From positions 10,819 through 74,818 of the forward strand of contig CAYGBT010000003.1 of assembly GCA_964348275.1 (NCBI GenBank): 64,000 nt of DNA, in the 5' to 3' direction. How positions within the stretch are numbered: the first letter of the stretch is position 1; each line of letters begins with the position of its first letter. This stretch comes from an uncultured bacterium (GTDB taxonomy: Bacteria; Methylomirabilota; Methylomirabilia; Methylomirabilales; CSP1-5). Shown piece by piece: positions 46,141 to 56,123 of the stretch. Under the pieces are notes generated by a model, which ran no database searches, was not told the origin of the DNA, and saw only the letters and a list, made by a program, of their open reading frames with translations. The translations under genes and the position numbers were made by a program.

Positions 46141-47466
46141 TTATGTGACCCCCTCCGTAGCTCTCGTGGGAGGTGGCAACTCCTCCTTTACCTCCACAAT
46201 AGAGACGACGGGCAAAAGCTTCGCAAAGAGCAGAAACCAGAGGAAGAACCAGGCAAAGCTCCCCAGCGTGATGCTGATATCCACCCAGGTGGGAATGTAC
46301 AGCCCCCATGCATACGGAACGTATTCGTGGGCCAAGCCGGTCACGATGATGACGAAACGCTCCATCCACATGCCGATGTTGATCAGGATGGCGATCCCGA
46401 ACAGCCACGGGGTGCTGGTCCGGATCCGTTTCACGAAAAACAGGAGGGGAACGAGCGAGTTGAAGAGGATCATGATCCAGAAGGGAATGGCGTACTCGCC
46501 AGCGACTTGATAGACGAAGCGCTGCCACTCGGGGACGTTGTTGCTGTACCAGGCGATATAGGACTCGACCACGTAGGCGTAACCCACGATCAGGCCGGTG
46601 AGGATGATGAGCTTCGCTAAATTCTCCATGTGCCACTGGGTCAGATAGACATCGAGGCGGAAAATCCGCCGCAGCGGAATCAGCAGGGTCAGAACCATGG
46701 CGAGCCCGGAATGGATCGCCCCCGCGACAAAGTACGGAGCAAAGATGGTGCTGTGCCAGCCCGGGACGATGGACTGGGCAAAGTCCCACGAGACGACGCT
46801 ATGGACTGAGATCACCAGGGGAGTGGCCAACGCTGCCAGAAACACGTAGGCGGCCTTGTAGTGGCGCCACTGTCGGTCGGTCCCTTGCCATCCCTGTGCG
46901 AGGAAGGCGTAGAGGCGATGCCGCCACCCGGAGGTTCGGTTGCGGACCACGGCCACATCCGGGACCAGCCCGGTAAAGAAGAAGAGAATGCTGATGATCA
47001 TATAGGTCATCACTGCAAAGACGTCCCAGACCAGGGGCGAGCGGAAGTTAACCCACAGCCCCCCCAGTTGCGGGTAGGGCAGGAGCCAGTAGAAGAACCA
47101 GGGACGGCCCAGGTGAATGATGGGGAAGAGCCCCGCCGTGAAGAGGGCAAAGACCGTGACCGCCTCGGCCGTTCGGTAGACGCTTGCGCGCCACCGGACC
47201 CGGAAGAGGAAAAGGATGGCCGAGATGAGGGTACCGGAGTGGGCAATTCCCACCCAGAAAACGAAATTGGTAATGTAAATACCCCACATAACCGGGTGGC
47301 TGAGCCCGGAGACGCCCATGCCATGGACGATTTGATACCACCAGGCGAAGGCCCCCCAGGCTAGGACGAGGAGGGTGGCCGCAAGGACCGCGTAGTAACG
47401 CGGCCCGGGTGCCTCCATGGCCTGGAGGATATCCCGATCCACTTGGCTGTACGTGAGATGGGACAC
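46141..47466 (-). CDS. actC: ACIII quinol-interacting membrane subunit ActC (NrfD family)
   Basis: 441-aa polytopic NrfD-type protein (GLSHPVMWGIYITNFVFWVGIAHSGTLISA). Confidence 0.88.
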   Translation of the reverse strand: MSHLTYSQVDRDILQAMEAPGPRYYAVLAATLLVLAWGAFAWWYQIVHGMGVSGLSHPVMWGIYITNFVFWVGIAHSGTLISAILFLFRVRWRASVYRTAEAVTVFALFTAGLFPIIHLGRPWFFYWLLPYPQLGGLWVNFRSPLVWDVFAVMTYMIISILFFFTGLVPDVAVVRNRTSGWRHRLYAFLAQGWQGTDRQWRHYKAAYVFLAALATPLVISVHSVVSWDFAQSIVPGWHSTIFAPYFVAGAIHSGLAMVLTLLIPLRRIFRLDVYLTQWHMENLAKLIILTGLIVGYAYVVESYIAWYSNNVPEWQRFVYQVAGEYAIPFWIMILFNSLVPLLFFVKRIRTSTPWLFGIAILINIGMWMERFVIIVTGLAHEYVPYAWGLYIPTWVDISITLGSFAWFFLWFLLFAKLLPVVSIVEVKEELPPPTRATEGVT

Positions 47467-50391
47467 CTAGCCCTCCACCGGCCCGGCGGTGATCTTCTTC
47501 AAGTAGGTGATCGCCGGTTGGGTGTTCACATGTTCCAGAATAAGATACCGCCGGGGGTTTCTTGACAGCCTGGAGGCCTCACTTTCGGAATCATTCAGGT
47601 TGCCGAAGACGATGGCCCGGGTCGGACAGGTCTGGGCGCAGGCGGGGGTGATCTCCCCGTCGCGGACTGGTCGCTTCTCCGCCTTTGCCGTGAGTTTCGC
47701 GGCTTGAATCCGCTGCACGCAGAAGGTGCACTTCTCCATCACCCCCATGGTCCGGACGGTGACATCCGGGTTGAGCTGGAGGTGAAGCGGCTCGGGCCAC
47801 TCCGCCGTGAACCAGTTGAACCGGCGGACCTTATATGGGCAGTTGTTGGAGCAGTACCGGGTGCCGACACACCGGTTGTAGACCTGCACGTTGAGGCCCC
47901 CCGGGTTGTGGTAGGTCGCGTAGACGGGGCAGACTGGTTCACACGGAGCATAGTCGCAATGCTGACAAAGCATCGGGAGAAAGTGGTGCTCGGGTCGGTG
48001 AGGTGCTCCCACATTGACGCGTTCGATCCGGATCCACGACATCTCGCGCCCCTTCGCCACCTCTGCTTTCCCCATGACCGGGATGTTGTTCTCGGCGTAA
48101 CAGGCGGTCACGCAGGCGCCGCACCCGATGCACGCATTGAGGTCAATAGCCATACCCCAGCGGTGCTGGGGATGGGGGTGCTCTGGATAGACCTGAAGCA
48201 GGTGTGGGTGTGCTTTAGCGTGACGGCCGCTCTGCAAGCTCGCCAGCGAAATTGTCTGAATGATGTCCCGGTCGTGGGGCTGATCGCTTCCCGCGGTGGA
48301 GATGAGCGGACGTCGCCGTCCCGTTCGGGCAATGGTCACGCGGGTGGCAATCCAGGGAAGCCCCCCTGAGCTTTCCTCGGGCTCGGGTGAGAGGAGGGGA
48401 ATCGGGTTGGCCCCCTGCCCATTCGCGGTGCGACCGTACGCGGTGTGTCCCTGGCCGATGGCGACCGCGAGTGTTCCGGGGTGTACACCACCGGAAAGAT
48501 GGGCTGGCAGCTCCATGTGGCCGAACGACGACTGCACCCGGAGTAGGTCTCCTGTTTTTACCCCGAGTCGGCTGGCATCGGCGGGGTGGATGTCAAGCCA
48601 GCTATCCCAGACGATATTGGTTAGGGCGTCGGGAAGCTCCTGGAGCCACGGGCGGTTCGCCATCCGCCCGTCATAAAAAACGGGAGACGGAAAGGGAATG
48701 AGCGTCAGCCCTTCAGTCTCCCCGACAAACCTCGGCGGTGTGAATTGGCGTGTGAATATCTCCGGGTTCAGCCGGACAGCCCGAGTAGGGGCGGCTTGGA
48801 AAAGGCCACCGCGCTGAAGTGCCTGGGCCCAGAAATTCTCGAAGTCCTCTGCGGGCTTGAACCCTTGGGAGAGTTCCTTCCACTGCTCCCTCAGATACGC
48901 ATAAAAGTTCTCCCATGGGAAGCGCTGCTCTAGCCCGATCCGTTTCGCTACGGATATGAGGACGTCTCCGAAGACCCGGGTGTCGTATAGTGGCCGCATG
49001 GCGGGCTGCTGGAGACCGCGGATCCCCTCCCACGGTTCGTGATCACCCCAGTTCTCTAAGAAGGTATGATCCGGCAGGATCAAGTGCGCCGCATTCGCCG
49101 TTTCGTCGAGAAAGCTGGCGAAACTGACGACCAGGGGAACCTTTTCGAGTGCTTTGCGAAAGCGCTCGCCCTCCGGAAGAGTGAAGACTGGATTCACCCC
49201 GGACAAAAGGAGCAGGGAGATCTCCCCTGCCTCCATCGCCTCAAGGAGGTTTCGCATCTCCCGGTATGTCGAGGTTTTCCCGACCGCGGCCGTGGGACCA
49301 AAGTGAATCGTCTCGCCCACATTACCGACCACATAATTGAGGAGATTCACCGCCAGACATGTTGCTGTTCCGTTGGAGGTCTTGCCATCGACCAGGGCGA
49401 GGCTCGGGCGGACACGAGCGAAGGCGCGGGCCAGGGCGCGGACCTTGTCGGGTGATACTCCGGCCTGCTCTGCCACTGCAGCGGGCGTGTAGGGTAGCAC
49501 GAGCTTCAGGAACGCCGCCTCTTCGTCGGCGGGTAAGGAGGTCGCGAGCCCCTCTTCGATGATGGCCTGAATCATGCCCAGTGCGAGGAGGCCTTCGGTG
49601 CCCGGTCGAATGGCGACCCACTCGTCCGCGTTGGCCCCTGTCAAAGAGAGGCGAGGACCAACGTAGGCGAAACGCCCCATACGCCCCTGCCGGTAACTTC
49701 GCATGGAGGCAAAGTGGCGCGCGTACTCTACCGGTGACAGCCATGTCTCCAGGAAGTCGGCCCCGAAGGAAAGGATCAGTTCTGCCTGCTCAAGGTTGTA
49801 AAAGGGGACGGCTTCGATCCCAAAGGCGGTCCCATTCGCCTCCCGGAGCGACTCGTAGTTAATCGCCTCGTAGCGGAGACGGCGACCACCACCCAGGGCT
49901 TGCAGCCACGTTTCGATCAGGTGATCCAGACTGCCTGTGAGGAGGGACGTCACACAGGCAATCCGATTTCCCTCCCCCTTAAGCTCGGCGAGGCGGCCGG
50001 CGAGAAGTCCCTCGCCTTCCTCCCACGAGATCGGCCGCCACATGCCATCCTTCCCCTTCCTCATGGGCTCTCGAACCCTCTCCGGATTAAAGAGACCCTG
50101 GAGGCTTGCCTGTCCCCGGGCGCAGAGTCGGCCGCGGTTTACCGGGTGGTCCGGGTTTCCCTCGACCTTGATGGCCCGTCCGTCCATGGTCTTCGCCAAC
50201 ATCCCACAGCCAGCGGGGCATTCCCGGCAAACGGTGGCATACCAGGTGGCCTGGCCCGGAATGATCTCTTCTGGGGGAACGACATACGGGATGAGCGTCT
50301 CAGGCGGCTGAGCCGAGCAGCCCACCATGGCGGCCGCGGCGCCCCCAATCCCCAAGACCTTGAAGAAATCTCGGCGATTCACTTCCATCAC
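47467..50391 (-). CDS. actB: ACIII subunit ActB (fused Mo-bisPGD-fold plus 4-cluster Fe-S domains)
   Basis: Tat signal MMEVNRRDFFKVLG with lipobox-like MVGC; CRECPAGCG Fe-S motif; C-terminal ferredoxin-type clusters (CIGCGACVTACY, CQHCDYAPCEPVCP, CVGTRYCSNNCP, CTFCVQR). Confidence 0.9.
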   Translation of the reverse strand: MMEVNRRDFFKVLGIGGAAAAMVGCSAQPPETLIPYVVPPEEIIPGQATWYATVCRECPAGCGMLAKTMDGRAIKVEGNPDHPVNRGRLCARGQASLQGLFNPERVREPMRKGKDGMWRPISWEEGEGLLAGRLAELKGEGNRIACVTSLLTGSLDHLIETWLQALGGGRRLRYEAINYESLREANGTAFGIEAVPFYNLEQAELILSFGADFLETWLSPVEYARHFASMRSYRQGRMGRFAYVGPRLSLTGANADEWVAIRPGTEGLLALGMIQAIIEEGLATSLPADEEAAFLKLVLPYTPAAVAEQAGVSPDKVRALARAFARVRPSLALVDGKTSNGTATCLAVNLLNYVVGNVGETIHFGPTAAVGKTSTYREMRNLLEAMEAGEISLLLLSGVNPVFTLPEGERFRKALEKVPLVVSFASFLDETANAAHLILPDHTFLENWGDHEPWEGIRGLQQPAMRPLYDTRVFGDVLISVAKRIGLEQRFPWENFYAYLREQWKELSQGFKPAEDFENFWAQALQRGGLFQAAPTRAVRLNPEIFTRQFTPPRFVGETEGLTLIPFPSPVFYDGRMANRPWLQELPDALTNIVWDSWLDIHPADASRLGVKTGDLLRVQSSFGHMELPAHLSGGVHPGTLAVAIGQGHTAYGRTANGQGANPIPLLSPEPEESSGGLPWIATRVTIARTGRRRPLISTAGSDQPHDRDIIQTISLASLQSGRHAKAHPHLLQVYPEHPHPQHRWGMAIDLNACIGCGACVTACYAENNIPVMGKAEVAKGREMSWIRIERVNVGAPHRPEHHFLPMLCQHCDYAPCEPVCPVYATYHNPGGLNVQVYNRCVGTRYCSNNCPYKVRRFNWFTAEWPEPLHLQLNPDVTVRTMGVMEKCTFCVQRIQAAKLTAKAEKRPVRDGEITPACAQTCPTRAIVFGNLNDSESEASRLSRNPRRYLILEHVNTQPAITYLKKITAGPVEG

Positions 50392-50444
50392 TACCGTCCG
50401 ATGTCTGAAGTCCGCCTCTCTGAGCCCTCAACCCTGAACTATTT

Positions 50445-50948
50445 CTAGCGGTGGCACACCGCGCAGTCGATGCTCGCCTTCTTCCGCCGATGACAGTTCA
50501 CGCAGAATTTCATGCTGAGGTCCCTGACCTGCCGCATGCGATCCATGGTCTCTACCGGGCCGTGACAGGTCTGACACTTGATTTCAGCCCGGACGTGGGG
50601 CCAATGTTCAAAAAAGACAAAGTCAGGCATCCAGGTGACCTTCGGCCAAGGGATCGACTCTTTCCGGTCCCAGTACCCCTTGAGTTTTTTCACTTCGGGT
50701 TTGTTGGCCGCGGTGATCTTGTGACACCCCATGCACCGCTCCACCGAGGGGATGCCAGCGGTTGATGACCGTCGGGCATTTACATGGCAGTACAGGCACG
50801 GGATTTTGTTCTCCCCGGCATGCACCCGGTGATTATAGGCGACAGGCAGTTCCGAGGTCGCTTGGCGACCGGAAGCCATCGTAAAAAGCCCAAGCGCGAC
50901 CACGGCCAGAAGTGCTGCCGTAATGCCTGCGATTCTGAGAAATCTCAT
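50445..50948 (-). CDS. actA: ACIII pentaheme cytochrome c subunit ActA
   Basis: N-terminal anchor; CLYCH, CMGCH, CQTCH, CVNCH, CAVCH. Confidence 0.85.
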   Translation of the reverse strand: MRFLRIAGITAALLAVVALGLFTMASGRQATSELPVAYNHRVHAGENKIPCLYCHVNARRSSTAGIPSVERCMGCHKITAANKPEVKKLKGYWDRKESIPWPKVTWMPDFVFFEHWPHVRAEIKCQTCHGPVETMDRMRQVRDLSMKFCVNCHRRKKASIDCAVCHR

Positions 50949-50960
50949 CGTAACAACAAA

Positions 50961-51341
50961 TTATTTTCCAGATTTCGACAGCGATCGGATGTGCGCCACG
51001 ACATTCCAAATATCCTGATCCTTCAGCTGGCCACCCCAGGGAGGCATGAGGGCGGATTTCCCCACGCTGGCACCACCCTCTTTGATGACCTTGAACAGAT
51101 ATTCATCTTTCAGAGTGCTCACGTACTTGCCATCCGCAAGATTCTGAGGCTTGGTGGGGAGTGCCGCGGCGGCCGGGCCATCCCCCTTGCCGGTGTTCCC
51201 GTGGCACGAGGCGCACAGAACATCGTACGTTTTCTTCCCCGCTTGAGCATCACCCTTCTGACCGGCAAAGCTCGTCGAGACAGCTGCCACAACCAGCAAA
51301 AGCATAGCACCCATACTCACTAAGATCTGAAATCCCTTCAA
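50961..51341 (-). CDS. Class I monoheme cytochrome c (likely oxidase electron donor)
   Basis: CASCHGNTGKGDG plus a distal Met region. TTG 51341 with GGAGG-N7 gives a proper signal peptide; the ORF-track start at 51443 is less likely. Confidence 0.75.
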   Translation of the reverse strand: MKGFQILVSMGAMLLLVVAAVSTSFAGQKGDAQAGKKTYDVLCASCHGNTGKGDGPAAAALPTKPQNLADGKYVSTLKDEYLFKVIKEGGASVGKSALMPPWGGQLKDQDIWNVVAHIRSLSKSGK

Positions 51342-51446
51342 GGCTGCACCTCCATGCGAGAGAATTGTCTTGTGTTTACGCTCCCCAAGCTTCCTCTGTA
51401 AGACGAAACGCCCAGTTTGGAAATTCCGAGTACGTTTACTCATGCC

Positions 51447-53090
51447 TTACCACACCCGAAGGCCTGGTGCGTTAAAAGGCGTCGTCGTGATCAGCCGGAC
51501 GATAGTGGGGCCGTAGGCGATCACGATCATCACCATGGCGAGGGCCAGCCACGGTCGCCACCGATCCAGGATGGGCGGGGCGTGCTCGGGACCGGAGAGT
51601 GCCTGGGCGAATGGAACCTCCACGGACTCCTGCTCGCGGGACGCCACCACCGTGAGGAAGATATTCGCGAAATAGAGAACCGCACTGACAAAAAGGATGG
51701 TCCCGCCAATCCCCACCAGCGGGAGAGCCGACTGCCACTCGGGCTGTAGATAAGGCGAGACACCGATCATCGTCCGGCGGGGCATCCCCATGAGTCCAAG
51801 CCGATGTTGAGTATTGGACAGAATCGCCATCCCCACGAACCAAGACCATGCCTGGACTAGCGCTATGCGCCGGCTCCAAAGCTTCCGCCTTCGGAGCAGT
51901 GGGACCAGCCAATACGTGATTCCCATAAAGGTCAAGGTCACCGCCGTTCCGATCGTCAGGTGGAAGTGTCCGACGACCCACGCAGTGTTGTGAACGACTA
52001 GGTTCATGGTAAACGATGCATTGATCAATCCCCCGATACCACCGAAGGCGAAGAGAATCATGGACAGGACCTGAGCCGCCAGGGAGGGATCACCCCAGGG
52101 GAGCTTTCCAAACCAGGCAACCAATCCCTTGCCGCCGCGGGCTCGCGCTCCATTTTCAAGAGAGGCAACGACGCTGAAGAAGGTCAGAAGGCTTGGGAAG
52201 AAAACGACAAAAGTCAGAAACGCATGCAGGAGCTTCCATCCTTCGCCGATGCCCGGGTCGGTAAACTGATGGTGGAAGCCGAGTGGAGTCGAGAGGATCA
52301 AAAACAAGATAAACGATACCCGAGCTAACGGATCGCTGAAGAGCCGCCCTCCGGCCTGCCGAGGGACAAGCGTGTACCAGGAGATGTACGCAGGGAGGAG
52401 CCAGAAGTAGACGATCGGATGCCCGGTGTACCAGAAGAGGACCCGGGCAAAGAGAGCGTCTGTTCCAGCGACCAGCCCAAGTGACCACGGAATGAGCATA
52501 AAAATCATTTCGACGGCCAACCCGAGGGAGGCAAAGGTCCACATCACGAAGGTGACCAACGACATAAATGCGGGCAGGGGCGTCCGGATCTCCGGATTCC
52601 GTGACCGCCAGGCGCGATAGGTGAGCACGAGGTTCAAAGTCACGATCCAGGTGGCGACCACAACCACCGTGAGCCCGACGTAAAACGCCCAATGGGCTTT
52701 CATGGGGGGATAAAAGGTGAAGAGAACTGTTGCCGCATTGCCCACGAGCGGGATCGCCGCCAGGATGAGCCCGCCAGTCATGAGCCAAAGGGTTGTCCAC
52801 GCGAGGGGGCGACTCCAGAGAGGCATGGCGAGCGCCCGGCTGGTGATGAACTGCAGAAACCCGGAGATGAAAAAGGTCGTGAATACCAGGACGTTCAATA
52901 CTCCATGGAGGCTCAAACCGTGATAGTACGATTTAATCACGGGGGTGAGCCACGGGTACAGATTGATACCGGCGTGCTCGAGCGCCTGAAAGAGGCCGAT
53001 GGACACGCCGCCAAAAAGGGCGACCAGCGCGACAACAAGATATGCGGCGGTCATGCGGTTTTCCGGAGTCAGATCAGGGGTGGTGGTCAT
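51447..53090 (-). CDS. cbaA: B-family (ba3-type) heme-copper oxidase subunit I
   Basis: SYYHGLSLHGVLNVLVFT matches the Thermus ba3 CbaA block SYYQGLTLHGVLNAIVFT as I recall it; His ligands (GHPIVYFW, HHQF..); about 13 TM helices. Confidence 0.92.
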   Translation of the reverse strand: MTTTPDLTPENRMTAAYLVVALVALFGGVSIGLFQALEHAGINLYPWLTPVIKSYYHGLSLHGVLNVLVFTTFFISGFLQFITSRALAMPLWSRPLAWTTLWLMTGGLILAAIPLVGNAATVLFTFYPPMKAHWAFYVGLTVVVVATWIVTLNLVLTYRAWRSRNPEIRTPLPAFMSLVTFVMWTFASLGLAVEMIFMLIPWSLGLVAGTDALFARVLFWYTGHPIVYFWLLPAYISWYTLVPRQAGGRLFSDPLARVSFILFLILSTPLGFHHQFTDPGIGEGWKLLHAFLTFVVFFPSLLTFFSVVASLENGARARGGKGLVAWFGKLPWGDPSLAAQVLSMILFAFGGIGGLINASFTMNLVVHNTAWVVGHFHLTIGTAVTLTFMGITYWLVPLLRRRKLWSRRIALVQAWSWFVGMAILSNTQHRLGLMGMPRRTMIGVSPYLQPEWQSALPLVGIGGTILFVSAVLYFANIFLTVVASREQESVEVPFAQALSGPEHAPPILDRWRPWLALAMVMIVIAYGPTIVRLITTTPFNAPGLRVW

Positions 53091-53608
53091 GATCCCAAGT
53101 CCACGCGGCGAATATTCGCCTCCGATGTAGGCTCAACGATGACCTTGCCCCACATCGCATGGTGAGCGACGCCACAGTACTCGTGACAGAAAAAGGGGTA
53201 TTCGCCAGATCGGTCGAATCGCGTGGTGACCCGGGCGATCTGGCCGGGAAGGAGCATCACGTTGACGTTCGCCCGGGGAATGAACAGTCCGTGGACCACG
53301 TCCCTGCTGGTGGCCACGAACGTCACTGTCGACCCTGCCGGCACACGGATCTCATTCGGGGTGAAAAGCCATATACCGGCGATCATGCGTACCTCGTAGG
53401 CTCCGGGACCAACCTGAACAACTCCTGGCTGGTCAAACGGCGCCGTGGCCATGACCCTGGTCGGGTTCACCCGTCCCTCATCCCCCGGCAGGTGTTTACC
53501 GGTGCCAAAGGCAAAGACCACTAACGCCACGAGCATCCCGATCGGAATCGCGATGCTGGGAAGAATCCACGCGAGCTCGTAAAGATAGACCGTGCTGCCG
53601 CGCTGCAT
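53087..53608 (-). CDS. cbaB: ba3-type oxidase subunit II (CuA)
   Basis: Single TM helix plus cupredoxin with the CuA site DVVHG...CHEYCGVAHHAM; ATGA overlap with subunit I. Confidence 0.9.
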   Translation of the reverse strand: MQRGSTVYLYELAWILPSIAIPIGMLVALVVFAFGTGKHLPGDEGRVNPTRVMATAPFDQPGVVQVGPGAYEVRMIAGIWLFTPNEIRVPAGSTVTFVATSRDVVHGLFIPRANVNVMLLPGQIARVTTRFDRSGEYPFFCHEYCGVAHHAMWGKVIVEPTSEANIRRVDLGS

Positions 53609-53614
53609 GGCCCC

Positions 53615-53722
53615 TCATCCTCCCCAGAGTCGCAGATAGACGTTGAGCCAAAGCCCGACGAGGATCAGCAGATATACGAGCATGAAGAACAGGGCGCCCT
53701 TGGGATGCTCGTTTTCACCCAC
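53615..53722 (-). CDS. cbaD: ba3-type oxidase subunit IIa (35 aa, not in the ORF track)
   Basis: GTG start with SD AAGGAGG 6 nt upstream. VGENEHPKGALFFMLVYLLILVGLWLNVYLRLWGG resembles Thermus subunit IIa (..KPKGAL..WLGVY..) as I recall it; its stop codon is separated by 6 nt from the subunit II start codon. Confidence 0.7.
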   Translation of the reverse strand: MGENEHPKGALFFMLVYLLILVGLWLNVYLRLWGG

Positions 53723-53945
53723 GACTTGCCTCCTTGGATCGTTCTGTCGCCAGCGCTCCGTTGCAGGTCTCGTCCGTCTGCGACCTCTCGAAGACCCAGG
53801 CTCACTTCAGGCTTGAGGGAAAAAACTCCAACATGTAATTCTCGCTTCGAGGAGACCCGGAGGGGTGAGCCGAGAGAGACCGAGGCCCTGGATCGTTTTG
53901 GTACCCGCAGACCCTAGCAAAGCCAGGCCACTCCCGTCAAGGCAG

Positions 53946-54284
53946 TCATGCCTTTCCTTCCTTGTCGGTCTTGATGAGCAGCAGGAGCATCACCAAGGGG
54001 GTTTTGGCCACAATACTGTGACGAAGATGTGGCGGCATGTGCACCCATGTTCCGGCGTGGGCAGACATCGTGTCCTCTCCTAGCGTCAAGTGGGCTTCCC
54101 CCTCAAGGACGTGGAGGATCGCGGGCTGCGACGCGGTGTGCTCGGAAAGTTCCTGACCCGCTGCGAAGCCGAAGAGGACGGCCCTGAGCCGGTCGTCGGT
54201 GTAAATGGCACGACTGACAATACTGTCGGGGGGGATATCCGGCAACAAGTCAGATAAATTGGCAAGATAGGTATATGTGTTCAT
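53946..54284 (-). CDS. Cupin-domain protein
   Basis: Cupin motifs (ELSEHTASQPAILHVLEGE ... GTWVHMPPHLRHS); start at MNTYTYL assumed. Confidence 0.7.
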   Translation of the reverse strand: MNTYTYLANLSDLLPDIPPDSIVSRAIYTDDRLRAVLFGFAAGQELSEHTASQPAILHVLEGEAHLTLGEDTMSAHAGTWVHMPPHLRHSIVAKTPLVMLLLLIKTDKEGKA

Positions 54285-54477
54285 GCTAGCAATTCCAATG
54301 GGGCCTTCGGGACACATAATGACCCATGCTATGGTGGATCCGCAACACCCGTCTGATGAAAAATGGGAGAAGTCTCAAGGTTTTCTGCGGCCTGTCAGCA
54401 CACAGTATGCGTTGCTCTCTCGGGTCGACGTTAGCCCCCGATGTATGCTTCGAGATATTCTGGGCGCGCGCTGCGGT

Positions 54478-55149
54478 TCACGCGTTGCACTTCCAGGTGC
54501 TTCCCTGAACGATGTCCGTCGCGTAGTCGGAAAGCTTTCGGATCTGTGCTTGGATTCCCGTTGTCTCTTTATCGAGAACGAGCTTGAGCAGCGCTCCGAT
54601 CCTGCGGTAATACTCCTCCTCGGTTTGTCCTTCAAGGCGGCGGACAAAGACCTCGTACCAGCGTCCGAGGTGGTCGGCGAGGAACTTTCGGTAGGCGTCT
54701 CCGCAGATCTCTGCCCCGTCCTGGTCTCCCTCCTTAAAGGTGTAGGACAGCTTCTGAAGAAGCAGGGAAAGGAACTCAAGCTCTGCGACCAAACTGTCCG
54801 GTTCCAGGGGAATGGTTAAATTGAGCCCGAAGGCGCGGTAAAATCCCTCAATATCCGACAGCTCGGCCGCCCTCCTCGCTGTCTTGTCGATCTCATAAGC
54901 GGTTTCCCAGGCAGGGGCCTTGACACTCGTCGCAAAGAGGGCGTTGTATTCCCCCTGAAGGTCCAGAAGTCTCTGACGCGCTTGCTTCAAGACCGGTCTC
55001 AGCGACAGGGCATCATAGCGTATCGCGAGAGCTTGTACGGATCGGTCAAGATCTTCGAGACTCTCTTCCAATGTGTGCATAACGGTCTGTTCAGGGTAGG
55101 AGAACGCGAGGGAAAGAAATTGATAGACAAAAGCCCGGTACGCCTCCAT
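54478..55149 (-). CDS. TorD/NarJ-family redox-enzyme maturation chaperone
   Basis: GEYNALF and PDSLVAELEFLS motifs. Start codon ATG 55149-55147 follows 1 nt after the gamma-subunit stop codon (55153-55151). Confidence 0.7.
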   Translation of the reverse strand: MEAYRAFVYQFLSLAFSYPEQTVMHTLEESLEDLDRSVQALAIRYDALSLRPVLKQARQRLLDLQGEYNALFATSVKAPAWETAYEIDKTARRAAELSDIEGFYRAFGLNLTIPLEPDSLVAELEFLSLLLQKLSYTFKEGDQDGAEICGDAYRKFLADHLGRWYEVFVRRLEGQTEEEYYRRIGALLKLVLDKETTGIQAQIRKLSDYATDIVQGSTWKCNA

Positions 55150-55150
55150 C

Positions 55151-56014
55151 TCATTTCTCCTCGATCTTGAGTGGAGTCCAGGCGAATTCGAGAGATTTTC
55201 TGGCTCCCCGCTCGTTGTTCGCGCCATCCCACACGGCAAAGTTGATAAACGTGTTCTTTCCGGCTCCCCACTCGGGGTTGCTCGTGTTCTCCTCCACGAA
55301 TTTTCGTTTGATGGCGACGTGCCACCGGCCATCCCTGTAGATGCCTTTTCCCTCTGCCCCCTGAATATCTTTCCAGGTTGACGACCCAAATCCTTCTGCG
55401 ACAACCTCCCGGACGGGAGTTTTCACAGTATTTTTCCTGAACACCTTTTCCCCGCCGATGTAGTTCAAAGCATAGGGACTGTGCCAGTCTTCAGGATACT
55501 TGTAGGGAGCGTTTGCATGAGGATACCAGTCGTACGTGTAGTTTGGTTTGGCCTTTTCCGTGTCGTAATAGCCTTGGTCAATATTTTCCTGTCGAAATGC
55601 CGTCCAGTGAAGGATGAGTACCCGCTGGCCCGGACCGCCCATGGTGATCGGGACCCGATCGCTGGGTATATATGGAATCTGGACCGCGACCGCATCGGAG
55701 AACTCTCCCAGCGAGTGGAACCGATTCTCGGTGGGGTCCTTCCACACGAGCAAGAAGCCGATTTCCGTGTCTGTACTGAGGGTCCTTACGGTGAGAGACC
55801 TGACGGAGGGATTCATATGCATCGGGGTCGTGATAATCTGGCCATGGAGGTCCACGGTGACGGGTGCGGCCTTATTCCAGACCTTGCTGAGGGGGTCCAG
55901 CGGTATCTCCCCGGGGACGCGTGTGGAGACCAGGGCCTCCTGCGCTAAAGCGGGGACCGCCAGTATCAGTGCCGCAGCGAGTAGCGGTGCCGAGAACAAT
56001 GCAGTCCGTTTCAT
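55151..56014 (-). CDS. Type II DMSO-reductase-family gamma subunit (EB_dh heme-b domain; NxrC/EbdC-like)
   Basis: Sec signal MKRTALFSAPLLAAALILAVPALA; blocks DAVAVQIPY, ITMGGPG, NFAVWDG typical of EbdC/NarC-like gamma subunits. Confidence 0.8.
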   Translation of the reverse strand: MKRTALFSAPLLAAALILAVPALAQEALVSTRVPGEIPLDPLSKVWNKAAPVTVDLHGQIITTPMHMNPSVRSLTVRTLSTDTEIGFLLVWKDPTENRFHSLGEFSDAVAVQIPYIPSDRVPITMGGPGQRVLILHWTAFRQENIDQGYYDTEKAKPNYTYDWYPHANAPYKYPEDWHSPYALNYIGGEKVFRKNTVKTPVREVVAEGFGSSTWKDIQGAEGKGIYRDGRWHVAIKRKFVEENTSNPEWGAGKNTFINFAVWDGANNERGARKSLEFAWTPLKIEEK

Positions 56015-56123
56015 CCCCTCGCCTCCTGTTTCTATTTCAGTTATCAACCCCCAGCTTTCTGCTTTGCGGCTTGCCCTGAACTTTCTGTGCTGACTGCTTG
56101 GATCTATCAAGCTTTCCCTCCCC

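Noticed and set aside
53917-53933. Minus-strand GTGGCCTGGCTTTGC upstream of the oxidase operon, as a sigma-54 promoter
   Set aside because: The spacing is GG-N9-GC, one short of the strict requirement.
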